DNA of 64,000 nucleotides from a virus. Positions 51,662-61,285 of the stretch are shown here, piece after piece. The first letter of the stretch is position 1. The number at the start of each line of letters is the position of its first letter. The notes beneath the pieces were generated by a model that ran no database searches, was not told where the DNA came from, and saw only the letters and a program-made list of their open reading frames with translations. The DNA lies in the IMG/VR virus record IMGVR_UViG_3300033146_001382, positions 96,001 to 160,000 of that record; one strand, written 5' to 3'. The position numbers were made by a program, and so were the translations under genes.

Positions 51662-51997
51662 ATGATTGGAGAGAATTTTGTGACTTTAGTGGGTACAATT
51701 GCTAGGGGCTCGTATAAAGAAGTAGGACAATTTAATACTGGATTATTTAAAGGTAGTTTAGCTATTCCTACTGTTAAAGGTACAGATCAGTATCTAAAGA
51801 TAGCAGCATGGGCCGATTTAGCTAAGGCTTTAAGAGATACAGATAAAACAGTCACTATTAAAATACATGGGCATATAGAAGAAAGTTCATATGATGGGAA
51901 ATGTAGGCATTGTAATGGCCCAGAAAAGAAGTATTGGACTGAAGTTATTGTGGATAATTTTGTAGTTATTCCAGATGAGGGGTATGATAATGAATAA
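51662..51997 (+). CDS. ssb: Single-stranded DNA-binding protein (OB fold)
   Basis: N.VTLVG, I.AW..LA, I.IHG.I....Y....K.YWTEVIVD, short acidic tail. Confidence 0.75.
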   Translation: MIGENFVTLVGTIARGSYKEVGQFNTGLFKGSLAIPTVKGTDQYLKIAAWADLAKALRDTDKTVTIKIHGHIEESSYDGKCRHCNGPEKKYWTEVIVDNFVVIPDEGYDNE

Positions 51998-52328
51998 AAA
52001 ATATACTGGCTTACCTACTATGTCTTTGTTGCCCTTAACTAATGTTGAATTTTCACAGATTAAGGAGATAGAGATAGTTATACCTAGAGCAGGTAATTAT
52101 GCTGATTTAGATATAGATTTATTTAAAGAGGTAGATGGTAAATTTAATATATTAGATACTAAAAGTAGTACACTGTATTTACCTTCTATTACTAAAGTGC
52201 TATTAGCTAGTAATAAGTATCCTGAGTTGGCACCAAATCAGTTGTTTACCCCCTCATCTTTTACATTTACTACTGATTCTGTTGTAATAAAAGGAAGTAT
52301 ACTAGAAATTTTTAAGATTAAAGCATAG
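51990..52328 (+). CDS. Hypothetical protein
   Basis: About 112 aa, ATG after GAGGGG, overlapping the ssb stop. Confidence 0.6.
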   Translation: MNKKYTGLPTMSLLPLTNVEFSQIKEIEIVIPRAGNYADLDIDLFKEVDGKFNILDTKSSTLYLPSITKVLLASNKYPELAPNQLFTPSSFTFTTDSVVIKGSILEIFKIKA

Positions 52329-52339
52329 GAGATAATAAT

Positions 52340-52489
52340 ATGACTGTAGCTAAAGAAGAAAATACTAAAGGTTTGTTAGACACTATTCATAGGTGTATTA
52401 TGTGTGATGCACCTGCTTATGAGGTTTCGGAGAACGAGTATAGTTGTACTGAATGTGATTGTGTATGGAAAGTAGTTGATTGTGAATAA
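52340..52489 (+). CDS. 49-aa zinc-ribbon protein (not in ORF track)
   Basis: AGGAG RBS. MTVAKEENTKGLLDTIHRCIMCDAPAYEVSENEYSCTECDCVWKVVDCE* has two CxxC motifs and fills the gap before ruvC. Confidence 0.7.
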   Translation: MTVAKEENTKGLLDTIHRCIMCDAPAYEVSENEYSCTECDCVWKVVDCE

Positions 52490-53015
52490 AAATTCTTACC
52501 GAATTTTGAGCCTAGATGTTTCTTCTACATCTACTGGGTGGTCTTTTATTACTAAACGTAAAGGGTTTTTGAAGTTTGGTACTATTAGACCTCCCAGCAA
52601 ATTATCAGTGCCTGAGAAACTTAATTTCTTTAGACTTGAATTAATAAAAGTGTTGACTACATATAAACCGACCTACATTGTATTAGAAGATACTTTTATG
52701 GGAGCAAACCCAAAAGTTACTAAGTTATTAGCTAAGTTTGGTGGGGTGGCTGAGCAAACCGTTTATGAGTATAGCAGCAAAGCTCCATATATTATGAGTA
52801 ATACAACACCTAAATCATTTTTTAAAGCTAAGAAAAAGGAAAAATTATTTATTTTAATTATAGACTTGCTTGACTTAGCTGATAAGATGGTTACATTTAA
52901 AGAATGGAATGATATAACAGACAGTATTGCACAGCTATGGTGTTACTGTGATTCAGTACTACATGTTGAGAATATTCGGGAGGAGAAAGAGTATGGTTAC
53001 AGATTCAGGGTGTGA
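52482..53015 (+). CDS. ruvC: Holliday junction resolvase, RuvC family
   Basis: ILSLD.S.TSTGW, IVLED.F.G.N.K....L.KF.G, D.TDSIA acidic residues. GTG start at 52482 (alternative TTG at 52476). Confidence 0.85.
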   Translation: MNKNSYRILSLDVSSTSTGWSFITKRKGFLKFGTIRPPSKLSVPEKLNFFRLELIKVLTTYKPTYIVLEDTFMGANPKVTKLLAKFGGVAEQTVYEYSSKAPYIMSNTTPKSFFKAKKKEKLFILIIDLLDLADKMVTFKEWNDITDSIAQLWCYCDSVLHVENIREEKEYGYRFRV

Positions 53016-53355
53016 CCTAGCATCTCATGCACGTAGGGAAACACTTAAACTAGAGCTTTTAGATCTACTTGTTGGTCTTGCAGATAAGCATTCTATCTTA
53101 CTAGATAAAGCTGCAAAAAAACATATGTATACATATATGGATCATATAGTCAAGAAATTGGATTTAGGAGAAGAACATAAAATACCTATTGAACGTATCA
53201 TAGTAGAAGAGGATTCTAAAGAACCTACTAGTTATGTAAAATACGAGGATGTAGTGACTTTAACTGATAAATTTAAAATTAAATTAGGTACAGTGCTTAT
53301 AGATTTAATGAGTTATGAGCTTGAGTTATTTCTTTCAAAGGAGTGTAATGACTAA
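52993..53355 (+). CDS. Hypothetical protein
   Basis: ATG at 52993 after AGGAG at 52981, about 120 aa. Confidence 0.6.
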   Translation: MVTDSGCDLASHARRETLKLELLDLLVGLADKHSILLDKAAKKHMYTYMDHIVKKLDLGEEHKIPIERIIVEEDSKEPTSYVKYEDVVTLTDKFKIKLGTVLIDLMSYELELFLSKECND

Positions 53356-54553
53356 AAAAATAATTAAACTTAGTGCTACTAGAATAAGTTCTTATTTAAG
53401 ATGTAAACGTAAATACTGGTTTCAATATGTAGAACGTATGCCTAAGCTTTCCAACCCCGCTTTTAAATTAGGGTTGGCATGCCATGAATCGTTGGAACTA
53501 GCAGGTAAAATATGGATAGCGGATGGTAAATTTAGTAAGGCTGCATATAAAAAAATATTTAAATACTACGATCAGGTTTCTGTAAGAGAAGGTATAGAAG
53601 CTATGGAGGTGCACACTCAGGGCAAGGTACTAGTTAAAAATAGATTAGATAACTTTGCTTTAGGTACCAAAATAATAAGTCTTGAGGAGAAATTTGGATT
53701 TGGTAAGGACACTAAGGATGTGTTTACTTCCTTAGGTGTCCCGTTGATTGGTGCTATGGATAAAGTAGTAGAATTAGATCCTGAAACTATTGTAGTAGTA
53801 GATTATAAGACTTCGAAAACTGCTCCTACATATGAACAACTTAAAGAAGATTTACAATTGTCATTATATGACTTAGTAGCAGGCATACTTTTTCCACAAT
53901 ACCCTAGGGTGGTATTATGTTTAGATATGCTTAAGTCAGAGCCGGTATACACTTATAGAACTCCTTTTCAAAGAGAAGAGTTTAATAATTATTTATCAAT
54001 TATACATGAAGAGATGTCAGCACTTAAAGAGAAAGATGCATATGAGTCGTTAAATGTATTTTGTCCTTGGTGTGATTTTAAAGATCATTGTAATGCTTAT
54101 CAGAAAGCCAGTTCTCAGACTAAGTATGATTTTTTACCTTTATCTAAGATGAGTGACGCTGATTTAATAGAAGAACATGAGAGAGTTAAAGGTGTGGCTA
54201 AGATTTTAGATATGAGGAAAAGAGATTTGGCTATGATTCTTATGGAGAAAATAAAGATAGCTGGCACTGATTTAAAAGGCGGAGATAATCAGATGTATAT
54301 TAGACAAAGTGCTAGAACTAATTATGATGCCAAAGGGTTACATAAGTTAATTCCACCAGAAGAATTTGCTACTATGGTATCTTTAAACAAGAAGGCAGTA
54401 GATTCTTATTGCTCTAAACATCCTAAATTAAAAAAAGAAATAGAGAGAAATGCTACCACTAATTATACATCTCCATTTCTTGCAGTTAGAAAGATAAAGG
54501 AACCAAAAAAGAAAGTAACCACTAAAAAAATAGTTAAAAATAAAGGAGAATAG
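53348..54553 (+). CDS. PD-(D/E)XK RecB/AddB/Cas4-like nuclease with Fe-S staple and C-terminal extension
   Basis: LSATRISSYLRC.RKY, G.MDKV...VVDYKT, QL.LY, CPWCDFKDHC. ATG at 53348 preferred. Confidence 0.85.
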   Translation: MTKKIIKLSATRISSYLRCKRKYWFQYVERMPKLSNPAFKLGLACHESLELAGKIWIADGKFSKAAYKKIFKYYDQVSVREGIEAMEVHTQGKVLVKNRLDNFALGTKIISLEEKFGFGKDTKDVFTSLGVPLIGAMDKVVELDPETIVVVDYKTSKTAPTYEQLKEDLQLSLYDLVAGILFPQYPRVVLCLDMLKSEPVYTYRTPFQREEFNNYLSIIHEEMSALKEKDAYESLNVFCPWCDFKDHCNAYQKASSQTKYDFLPLSKMSDADLIEEHERVKGVAKILDMRKRDLAMILMEKIKIAGTDLKGGDNQMYIRQSARTNYDAKGLHKLIPPEEFATMVSLNKKAVDSYCSKHPKLKKEIERNATTNYTSPFLAVRKIKEPKKKVTTKKIVKNKGE

Positions 54554-54558
54554 TTTTA

Positions 54559-55866
54559 ATGAAAAAAAGAAAATTAAGTAAACAAGTTCAGCAGAAAAAA
54601 ATTAAAGTGTTAGCATATTGTGACTCACCATCATGTGCTACTGGTTTTGGTACAGTATCTAGAAATATATTTGAAGCTCTTTACAAGACTGGTAGGTATG
54701 AAATAGATATTCTAGGTATTAACTATTGGGGAGATCCACATGGTCTACCTTATCGGATATGGCCAACAGGTATTAATGGAGACAAGGACCCTTATGGGCG
54801 TAGAAAAGTTACAAGTATGATCCCACAGATGAAATACGATATATTATTTTTGTTACAGGATTCATTTATACTTGATTTCATGCCAGCACTTATGTCTCAG
54901 CTTAAGTCTTCCGGTAAAGAATTCAAATCTATTTGTTATTTCCCTATTGATGGTACACCTAAGTCACAGTGGATAGATAATGTAACTCAGGCTGATGAAG
55001 TAGTAGCTTATTCTCAATTTGGTGTAGATGCAGTTAAAGCTATTCAGCCCGATTGTAAGGATTTACATATTATTCCACACGGCGCTAATGTAAATGAATT
55101 TAGGCCCTTACCTAAAAAAGATGTTAAAGCTTTTAGAAATCAGTATTTTGGTAAACATGCTGATAGTTTCATTGTTACTAATTTGAATAGAAATCAGCAT
55201 AGAAAGGATATCCCGAGAACTATAGCGGCTTTTAAAAAGTTTAGAGAGTCAGTACCTAAATCTATTCTATACCTTCATATGGCATCTAAGGACCAGGGTT
55301 GGAATTTACCAGAGGTATGTAAATCTTATGGTTTTGATTTAGCAAATGATATTATTTTCCCAGAAAATTTTGGGCCCAATCAAGGATATCCTAGAGAGAT
55401 AGTTAATATGATTTATAATGCTTCTGATTTAGTTGTGAGTACTACTTTAGGTGAAGGATGGGGCCTATCTTGGGTAGAAGCTATGGCTGCTAAAACACCA
55501 GTACTTATGCCTAATAATACAGCTATAACTGAGAACATAAGTGCTGAGAGAGGGTACTTATGTGATAGTGGTACTAGTGCTGCTCTAACTACAGTTCTAG
55601 CTAATGATAATGAAGTAGTTAGGCCCTTGGTGGATGTAGAGGATATGGCTAATAAAATGGTGCATATAGCTAATAATTATGATGAAGCGCTAGCTAAAGC
55701 TGAAACAGCTTATAAATGGGTACATGATAATTTAAATTGGCAAGGTAATGTTGGCAAACAGTGGGTAGCTTTGTTTGATAAAGTGTACGCTGATTTAATA
55801 GAAGAAAAAATGTACGGTATTAGCTCTAGTACAGACAAAAAAACTATTAAAGCTGAAGTATTATAG
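54559..55866 (+). CDS. GT4 (GT-B) glycosyltransferase
   Basis: TGFG.V, NRNQ.RKD, YNASD..V.T..GEGWGL..VEAMA...PV. Confidence 0.88.
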   Translation: MKKRKLSKQVQQKKIKVLAYCDSPSCATGFGTVSRNIFEALYKTGRYEIDILGINYWGDPHGLPYRIWPTGINGDKDPYGRRKVTSMIPQMKYDILFLLQDSFILDFMPALMSQLKSSGKEFKSICYFPIDGTPKSQWIDNVTQADEVVAYSQFGVDAVKAIQPDCKDLHIIPHGANVNEFRPLPKKDVKAFRNQYFGKHADSFIVTNLNRNQHRKDIPRTIAAFKKFRESVPKSILYLHMASKDQGWNLPEVCKSYGFDLANDIIFPENFGPNQGYPREIVNMIYNASDLVVSTTLGEGWGLSWVEAMAAKTPVLMPNNTAITENISAERGYLCDSGTSAALTTVLANDNEVVRPLVDVEDMANKMVHIANNYDEALAKAETAYKWVHDNLNWQGNVGKQWVALFDKVYADLIEEKMYGISSSTDKKTIKAEVL

Positions 55867-55959
55867 TTTGTACTATAAGATTAGTAACTAATTAAGATAA
55901 TGACCGCAAGTCTAAGTAATTTTGATTACTATTCTTGCGGTCATGGAATAAGGATTTCT

Positions 55960-56556
55960 ATGATTAAAGTAAAAAAACTAGCTGAAGATAAGAATAATTT
56001 TTTAGCTGCTTTATTAGGTATGGGATTGGCGTTTGATAAGACTATAGAAGGTCTGGATAAAGGTATTGATATATTTTTTCACTCTGATGGCTCTTATAAT
56101 AAATTGTACTTTACTATGTTGGATAGGGCAAAACGTATGTCATTTAAAGGTAGGGGCCATAATAAATTTCTTAGGGCTATCAATATTGATTTTATTATAC
56201 AAGCCCCCTGTGATTGGTGGCAACAACAAGCTACTTATACAACTGTAGCTGCAGTACAATCTACCAGTACTATGCATATGCTAAAAAAATCTGGATTGGC
56301 TAACGGGGTAGACCCTTTAGTAGATGAGCTTATACTGAAAAGATATAATGAACTTCTTAAAGAAACTAATGATTTAGTTGTGTTGAAACGAAATTTACCT
56401 TCTGGGTATATGTATATAAGGACTGTTCATTTAAATTATATGACTTTACAGCATATGGTAAATCAACGGCTTGAACATAAAGAACCAGAATGGCCAGAAT
56501 TTTGCAAACAGGTATTAAATCAGATAGATCACCCCTATTTAGTTTTAAAAGATTAA
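55960..56556 (+). CDS. Divergent ThyX-like (flavin-dependent thymidylate synthase-like) protein
   Basis: GH.KFLR.I.....I.AP..WW.Q..TY......STSTMH, LPSGY...R....NY..L.....QR..H...EW..FC recalled from a phage ThyX-like family. The canonical RHR motif is absent. Confidence 0.55.
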   Translation: MIKVKKLAEDKNNFLAALLGMGLAFDKTIEGLDKGIDIFFHSDGSYNKLYFTMLDRAKRMSFKGRGHNKFLRAINIDFIIQAPCDWWQQQATYTTVAAVQSTSTMHMLKKSGLANGVDPLVDELILKRYNELLKETNDLVVLKRNLPSGYMYIRTVHLNYMTLQHMVNQRLEHKEPEWPEFCKQVLNQIDHPYLVLKD

Positions 56557-56593
56557 TAAACTGACTTTATAATTTATAAAAGGATATATACAA

Positions 56594-57712
56594 ATGGAAA
56601 TAAAAGGAATAAAATATACTGGACCTATATTAGATAATTCTGGATATAGTAAGGCTTGTAGAGGTAATATTTTAGCTTTGTATCACGCAGGTGTACCTAT
56701 TACGCTTAATTCAATATCTTTTGAGTCAGCTCGTCCTGACCTAGGAGAAGATGGTAAAATTATTTATAGTTTGATAGATAAGAAAATAGATTACAATATC
56801 AATTTGATACATACTACACCTGAATTTTGGTCTCAGCATAAAGAGCGCACTGCTTGTAATATTGGGTATACTATATGGGAGACTACTAAACTACATGACG
56901 ATTGGCCTGACTATATTAATAACAATGTGGATAAAGTACTCGTTGGCTGTAAATGGAATGAGAGTGTATTTAAAAATAGTGGGGTTACTATCCCTATTGG
57001 GGTTGTGCCACATGGTATAAATATTAATGAGTTTAATACCATTGCACCATATCAAATAGCTGGTGTAAGGGATACTGATTTTGTATTTTATAGTATTTTC
57101 CAGTGGACTGAGCGGAAGTGCCCTTTAGCATTGCTGAAAGCATACTACCATGCTTTTCAAAACAATGAAGAGGTAGTATTAGTCTTGAAAGCCTATGGGA
57201 ATGATTACAGTGCAAAACAAAAACAGTCTATAGTTAATGCAATAAAACACTTAAAATGGAATATGCCTATGCCTGTATTTCCTAAAGTAGTATTAATAGG
57301 TAATATGCTAACAGAAGATGAAATATCTGCAGTTCACGCACGTGGAGATTGTTATGTATCTCTAGATAGAGGTGAGGGATTTGGTCTTAGTCCATTTACT
57401 GCCGGTGCAGCAGGTAATCCAATTATAGTGACAGGTTTTGGTGGATCAACTGAGTATGCTAAAGAAGATAATAGTTACTTAGTAGATTATACGCTTACAC
57501 CTGTTTATGGAATGCCATGGTCCAGGTGGTATAACGGTACCCAGCTTTGGGCAGAGCCAGATGTAATCGATGGCGCTAATAAAATGAAATATGTTTATGA
57601 GCACCAAGAGAATGCTAAAGTAAATGGACAAGGGCTACAGGAGTATATTAGAGAGAATTTTTCATGGGAAGTAATCGCTAGAAAGATTATCAGCGAGATT
57701 GAGGAGCTATAG
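56594..57712 (+). CDS. GT4 (GT-B) glycosyltransferase
   Basis: SGY..A.R, YT.WET, FQW.ERK....L.KAY, DCYVSL.RGEGFGL, A.A.G.P.I.T..GG. Confidence 0.88.
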   Translation: MEIKGIKYTGPILDNSGYSKACRGNILALYHAGVPITLNSISFESARPDLGEDGKIIYSLIDKKIDYNINLIHTTPEFWSQHKERTACNIGYTIWETTKLHDDWPDYINNNVDKVLVGCKWNESVFKNSGVTIPIGVVPHGININEFNTIAPYQIAGVRDTDFVFYSIFQWTERKCPLALLKAYYHAFQNNEEVVLVLKAYGNDYSAKQKQSIVNAIKHLKWNMPMPVFPKVVLIGNMLTEDEISAVHARGDCYVSLDRGEGFGLSPFTAGAAGNPIIVTGFGGSTEYAKEDNSYLVDYTLTPVYGMPWSRWYNGTQLWAEPDVIDGANKMKYVYEHQENAKVNGQGLQEYIRENFSWEVIARKIISEIEEL

Positions 57713-57721
57713 TAATAGCTA

Positions 57722-59134
57722 ATGGCCAGATTAATAGATATAGAAAGTATAAAGACTTTGTTTAAGAAAGATAATTATTTAGTATTATCTACTAAGTATA
57801 CACATTCTAAACAGAAGATTTCATATAAATGCCCTGATGGACATTTACACTCCATGCGACTTGACCATTGGAGGAGAGGTGTTAGATGTCCGTATTGTTC
57901 TGATAAGTTTAAAAAATCTATTGAGTACATAAGGCCATTTTTCGCACTAGAAGGTTATAACTTAATATCTGACACATATATAGACGCTAATACTAAATTA
58001 CACTTAGTTTGTCCTGAAGGGCATGATTATTACACTAGTTGGCATAACTGGAAATCAGGAAATCACAGGTGTTCAAAGTGTAATGGAGGTATACGTTTGG
58101 ACGCATCCAGTGTTAATAATGTATTTAGTAAAGAGGGCTATACTATGGTAGGTGCATATGGTAACTGTCACTCTCCTATCGAATGCCAATGCCCTGAAGG
58201 TCATACATATTTGGTCACATTTGGTAATTTTACATCTAAAAACACTAGGTGTACTGAATGTAGCGGTAATGGGGCGTCTTCTGGTGAAATTATGTTAAGG
58301 GATCACATTAAGTCTTTAGGGGTAGTAGCTATATACAACAATAGAAAATTAATAACCCCATTAGAACTTGATATAGTAATACCATCTAAGAAGATAGCTA
58401 TAGAATATTGTGGTTTGTATTGGCACTCAGAATTAAATGGAAAAGATAGAAAGTATCATTTAAATAAATTAAATCTGTGTCAAAAAATAGGTTATAAATT
58501 GATTACTATTTTTGAAGACGAGTTGTTATCTAATAAAGAAATTGTTTTTAGTAGATTAACATGTTTATTGTCCAAAACTACTAGTAAAGTATATGCACGT
58601 AAATGTTCAGTGCGTCAGATTTCCCCTAGATTGGCTAAGGAGTTTTGCTCAACTAATCATATGCAGGGATACGGAGCAGGGGCTTACATAAAATTAGGAG
58701 CGTTTTATAAAAATAATCTAGTAGCGGTTATGACTTTTGCTAAACCATCTATTGCTAAAGGGTATAATAGTAAATTAGAGGGTGTGTATGAGTTACATAG
58801 ATTTTGTAGTGTTAAGGATACTATTGTTGTAGGAATAGCTTCTAAACTGTTTAAATATTTTTTAAATAATTTTAAGTTTAATACTCTATTTTCCTACGCT
58901 GATAGACGATGGTCTACAGGAAATGTATATACTAAATTGGGGTTTGTTTTTAATAGTTATACTAGACCTAATTACTGGTACATTAAGGGTAAGAGAAGGA
59001 TTAATAGATTCTCTCTTAGGAAAACAGTTGCTGATAACCAAGATATTACAGAATGGGAAAATAGGCGTCTCGCAGGCTATGATAGAATATGGGATTGCGG
59101 TAATTTAAAATATGTGTATAAAAAAGGAGATTAA
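57722..59134 (+). mobile_element. Free-standing Hef-like homing endonuclease gene (3 Zn-finger repeats + DUF559-like nuclease + GNAT/Mom-like C-terminal region)
   Basis: Three CP.GH...C..C repeats, ELDI.IP...IAIEY.GLYWHS, YARKC, YEL.RF, SYADRRWS.G..Y..LGF, IWDCG..KY. Confidence 0.7.
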
Positions 59135-59138
59135 TTGT

Positions 59139-59624
59139 ATGAAGAAGACACTGAATATTGGGGCTGGTGAACGTGTGTACGCACATTACCCTACGGATAA
59201 TTATGAGTGTATTAATTTTGATGAGAGGGATTTAAAAAGTACTGATGTAGTAGGTGACGTAAGGGATTTAAGTATGTTCAATGATGAAGAGTTTGATTTT
59301 ATTTTAGCTAGTGATATTATAGAACATTTTCCAATTAAAGATGTACAAACTATATTAAAAGAATGGAGTAGAGTATTAAAACCTATTGGTGTTATTGAAT
59401 TTAGGCTTCCTAACTTAGCCGCCATTTGTAAGCAATATATTAATAAAAAAAATGCTAGAAATATTAGTTGGTTACTATATGGAGGGCAAGATTATTCAGG
59501 CAATTTTCATTATACTTGCTATGATAGGGGGCTGTTCACAGAAGAGTGTGAAAAAGCAGGATTTAGTATACTTACCTACAGTGAAGAAGGATTTAATATG
59601 GTAGTCCGTTGTAGGAAGAATTAA
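59139..59624 (+). CDS. Class I SAM-dependent methyltransferase
   Basis: LNIGAG, DVVGDV..L..F....FD.I.ASDIIEHF, W.RVLKP.G. ATG at 59139 after AAGGAG. Confidence 0.85.
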   Translation: MKKTLNIGAGERVYAHYPTDNYECINFDERDLKSTDVVGDVRDLSMFNDEEFDFILASDIIEHFPIKDVQTILKEWSRVLKPIGVIEFRLPNLAAICKQYINKKNARNISWLLYGGQDYSGNFHYTCYDRGLFTEECEKAGFSILTYSEEGFNMVVRCRKN

Positions 59625-59625
59625 A

Positions 59626-60267
59626 ATGTCTCAATTAAAGCTAGTGAGTGCTAATTTTGTTAAAAATGAGGCTCATTGTATAGAATTAATGCTAGACTCA
59701 GTACAGCCATTTGTTGATGATAGTTATATTTTAGTTGATAAAGACACTACTGATAACACTGCAGATATCTGTAAATCTAGAGGCTGTAAAGTTGAATACT
59801 TTGAGTTTGAGAATTTTGCTAAAGTTTGGAATACGCTTTTATCTTGGGTTAACAGTGCTACAGATTGGACTATATTTATTGCTCCGGATGAAACTATTGA
59901 TGCAGAGTTTGGTAATTTTTTAAGGCCCGCTATCGAAAAGATGCATACTAAAACTACTGATGGTATGTGGTTTAGAAGGAAGCATTGGGTAGATTTAGAA
60001 AAAACTAAAGAATATACTGCACAAAATTGGTACCCTGATTGGCAATTACGTTTAATCAGAAACGACTACCCAAGAATACATTTAGTAAATTATGTGCATG
60101 AATGGCCCAAAGGTATACGAAAGACTATACGTACTAAAATGGATATACATCATTTTAATATGTATTGGAAACCGCGTTTAAATTATAATTTTGAAAAAAT
60201 GAATACTTTATATGCTAAATTACAGAAATTACAGAAGGAAGATGGCGGAGGTAATATTTGGCCATAA
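59626..60267 (+). CDS. GT2 (GT-A) glycosyltransferase
   Basis: VKNEA..I..ML.SV, VD..TTD.T..I, F.NFA..WN, PD.Q.RL, VHE. The DxD position reads APDE. Confidence 0.8.
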   Translation: MSQLKLVSANFVKNEAHCIELMLDSVQPFVDDSYILVDKDTTDNTADICKSRGCKVEYFEFENFAKVWNTLLSWVNSATDWTIFIAPDETIDAEFGNFLRPAIEKMHTKTTDGMWFRRKHWVDLEKTKEYTAQNWYPDWQLRLIRNDYPRIHLVNYVHEWPKGIRKTIRTKMDIHHFNMYWKPRLNYNFEKMNTLYAKLQKLQKEDGGGNIWP

Positions 60268-60277
60268 GGAGCTTAAT

Positions 60278-61285
60278 ATGAAAATAGTTATTGTCGGTGC
60301 AGGATACTGGGGAAAAAATTTAATTAGAACATTTAATAATCTTGGGGTTTTAGCTGCTATTTATGATTTGGATACTAAGGCTCTAGAACATTATAAGAAA
60401 GACTCTGCATATAGTAAAGTAGAATTTGGTACTGATTATACTAAGTGTTTACAACGTTGGGATATAGATGGAGTAGTAGTAGCTACTCCTCCAAACACTC
60501 ATTATAGTATTGCTTCTGAAGTTTTAAGTAGTGGTAAACATGTATTTATAGAAAAGCCTATGACTTTAGATGAGGAATCTTCTACACAATTAGTGGCTTT
60601 GGCAGAAGAGAAAAATAAAATCATTATGGTAGGGCATATTTTTCTTTATAGTCCAGAAATACTTAAATTAAAAGAGATTATTTCGGCAGAAACTTTTGGA
60701 GATATATGTTATGCATATACTCAACGGTTAAACTTAGGTAAAATTCAGGAATGTGGTGTTATAATGGATTTGGCTCCTCATGATGTGTCTATTTTAGATT
60801 ATTTACTAGATGACACTTGTGAAAAAGTAAAAACCGTAGCTGACTCTCATGTTATAGATAATGTAGAAGATGTTTCTTTTATAACATTACGTTATAAAAA
60901 AGGGACATTAGCACATTTACATTTAAGTTGGCTAGATCCTCTAAAAGTTAGAAACACTGTAGTAGTTGGTACTAAACAGATGGTAGTGTGTGATTCAGGT
61001 ACAAAAAAAATAGACATCTATAATACTTCAGTTGATTTTGATGGGATTAAACAAGCGTCTAATAGCTCTTATGGAGCACATTTACTTACGTATACATATG
61101 GCGATGTAGTAACTCCATTTATACCTAATGTAGAACCTATGAGGGCAGAAGCAGAAGAATTTTTAAATTGTATGAAATTAAATAAATTACCACTTGCAGA
61201 TGGATCATTAGGTTTAAGTGTAGTAAAGACTATAGTAGCTATGAAAAATTCTTTAAAGGGGAATGGAAAATGGCAGAAAGTATAA
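60278..61285 (+). CDS. Gfo/Idh/MocA NAD-dependent oxidoreductase (WlbA/WbpB/GnnA-like nucleotide-sugar dehydrogenase)
   Basis: IVIVGAGYWG, ATP...H, HVFIEKP, MVGH, RLNLG, DLAPHD. ATG at 60278 after AAGGAG. Confidence 0.85.
   Translation: MKIVIVGAGYWGKNLIRTFNNLGVLAAIYDLDTKALEHYKKDSAYSKVEFGTDYTKCLQRWDIDGVVVATPPNTHYSIASEVLSSGKHVFIEKPMTLDEESSTQLVALAEEKNKIIMVGHIFLYSPEILKLKEIISAETFGDICYAYTQRLNLGKIQECGVIMDLAPHDVSILDYLLDDTCEKVKTVADSHVIDNVEDVSFITLRYKKGTLAHLHLSWLDPLKVRNTVVVGTKQMVVCDSGTKKIDIYNTSVDFDGIKQASNSSYGAHLLTYTYGDVVTPFIPNVEPMRAEAEEFLNCMKLNKLPLADGSLGLSVVKTIVAMKNSLKGNGKWQKV

Noticed and set aside
53348-54553. CRISPR-Cas locus suggested by the Cas4-like nuclease
   Set aside because: No repeat-spacer array or other cas genes were seen. 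Spacers between genes are too short to hold an array.
61001-61012. Homopolymer A/T runs of 7-9 nt (also near 9409, 12075, 53354, 54524) as phase-variation or frameshift sites
   Set aside because: Normal for this base composition. All host ORFs are intact and no alternative-frame extension was evident.
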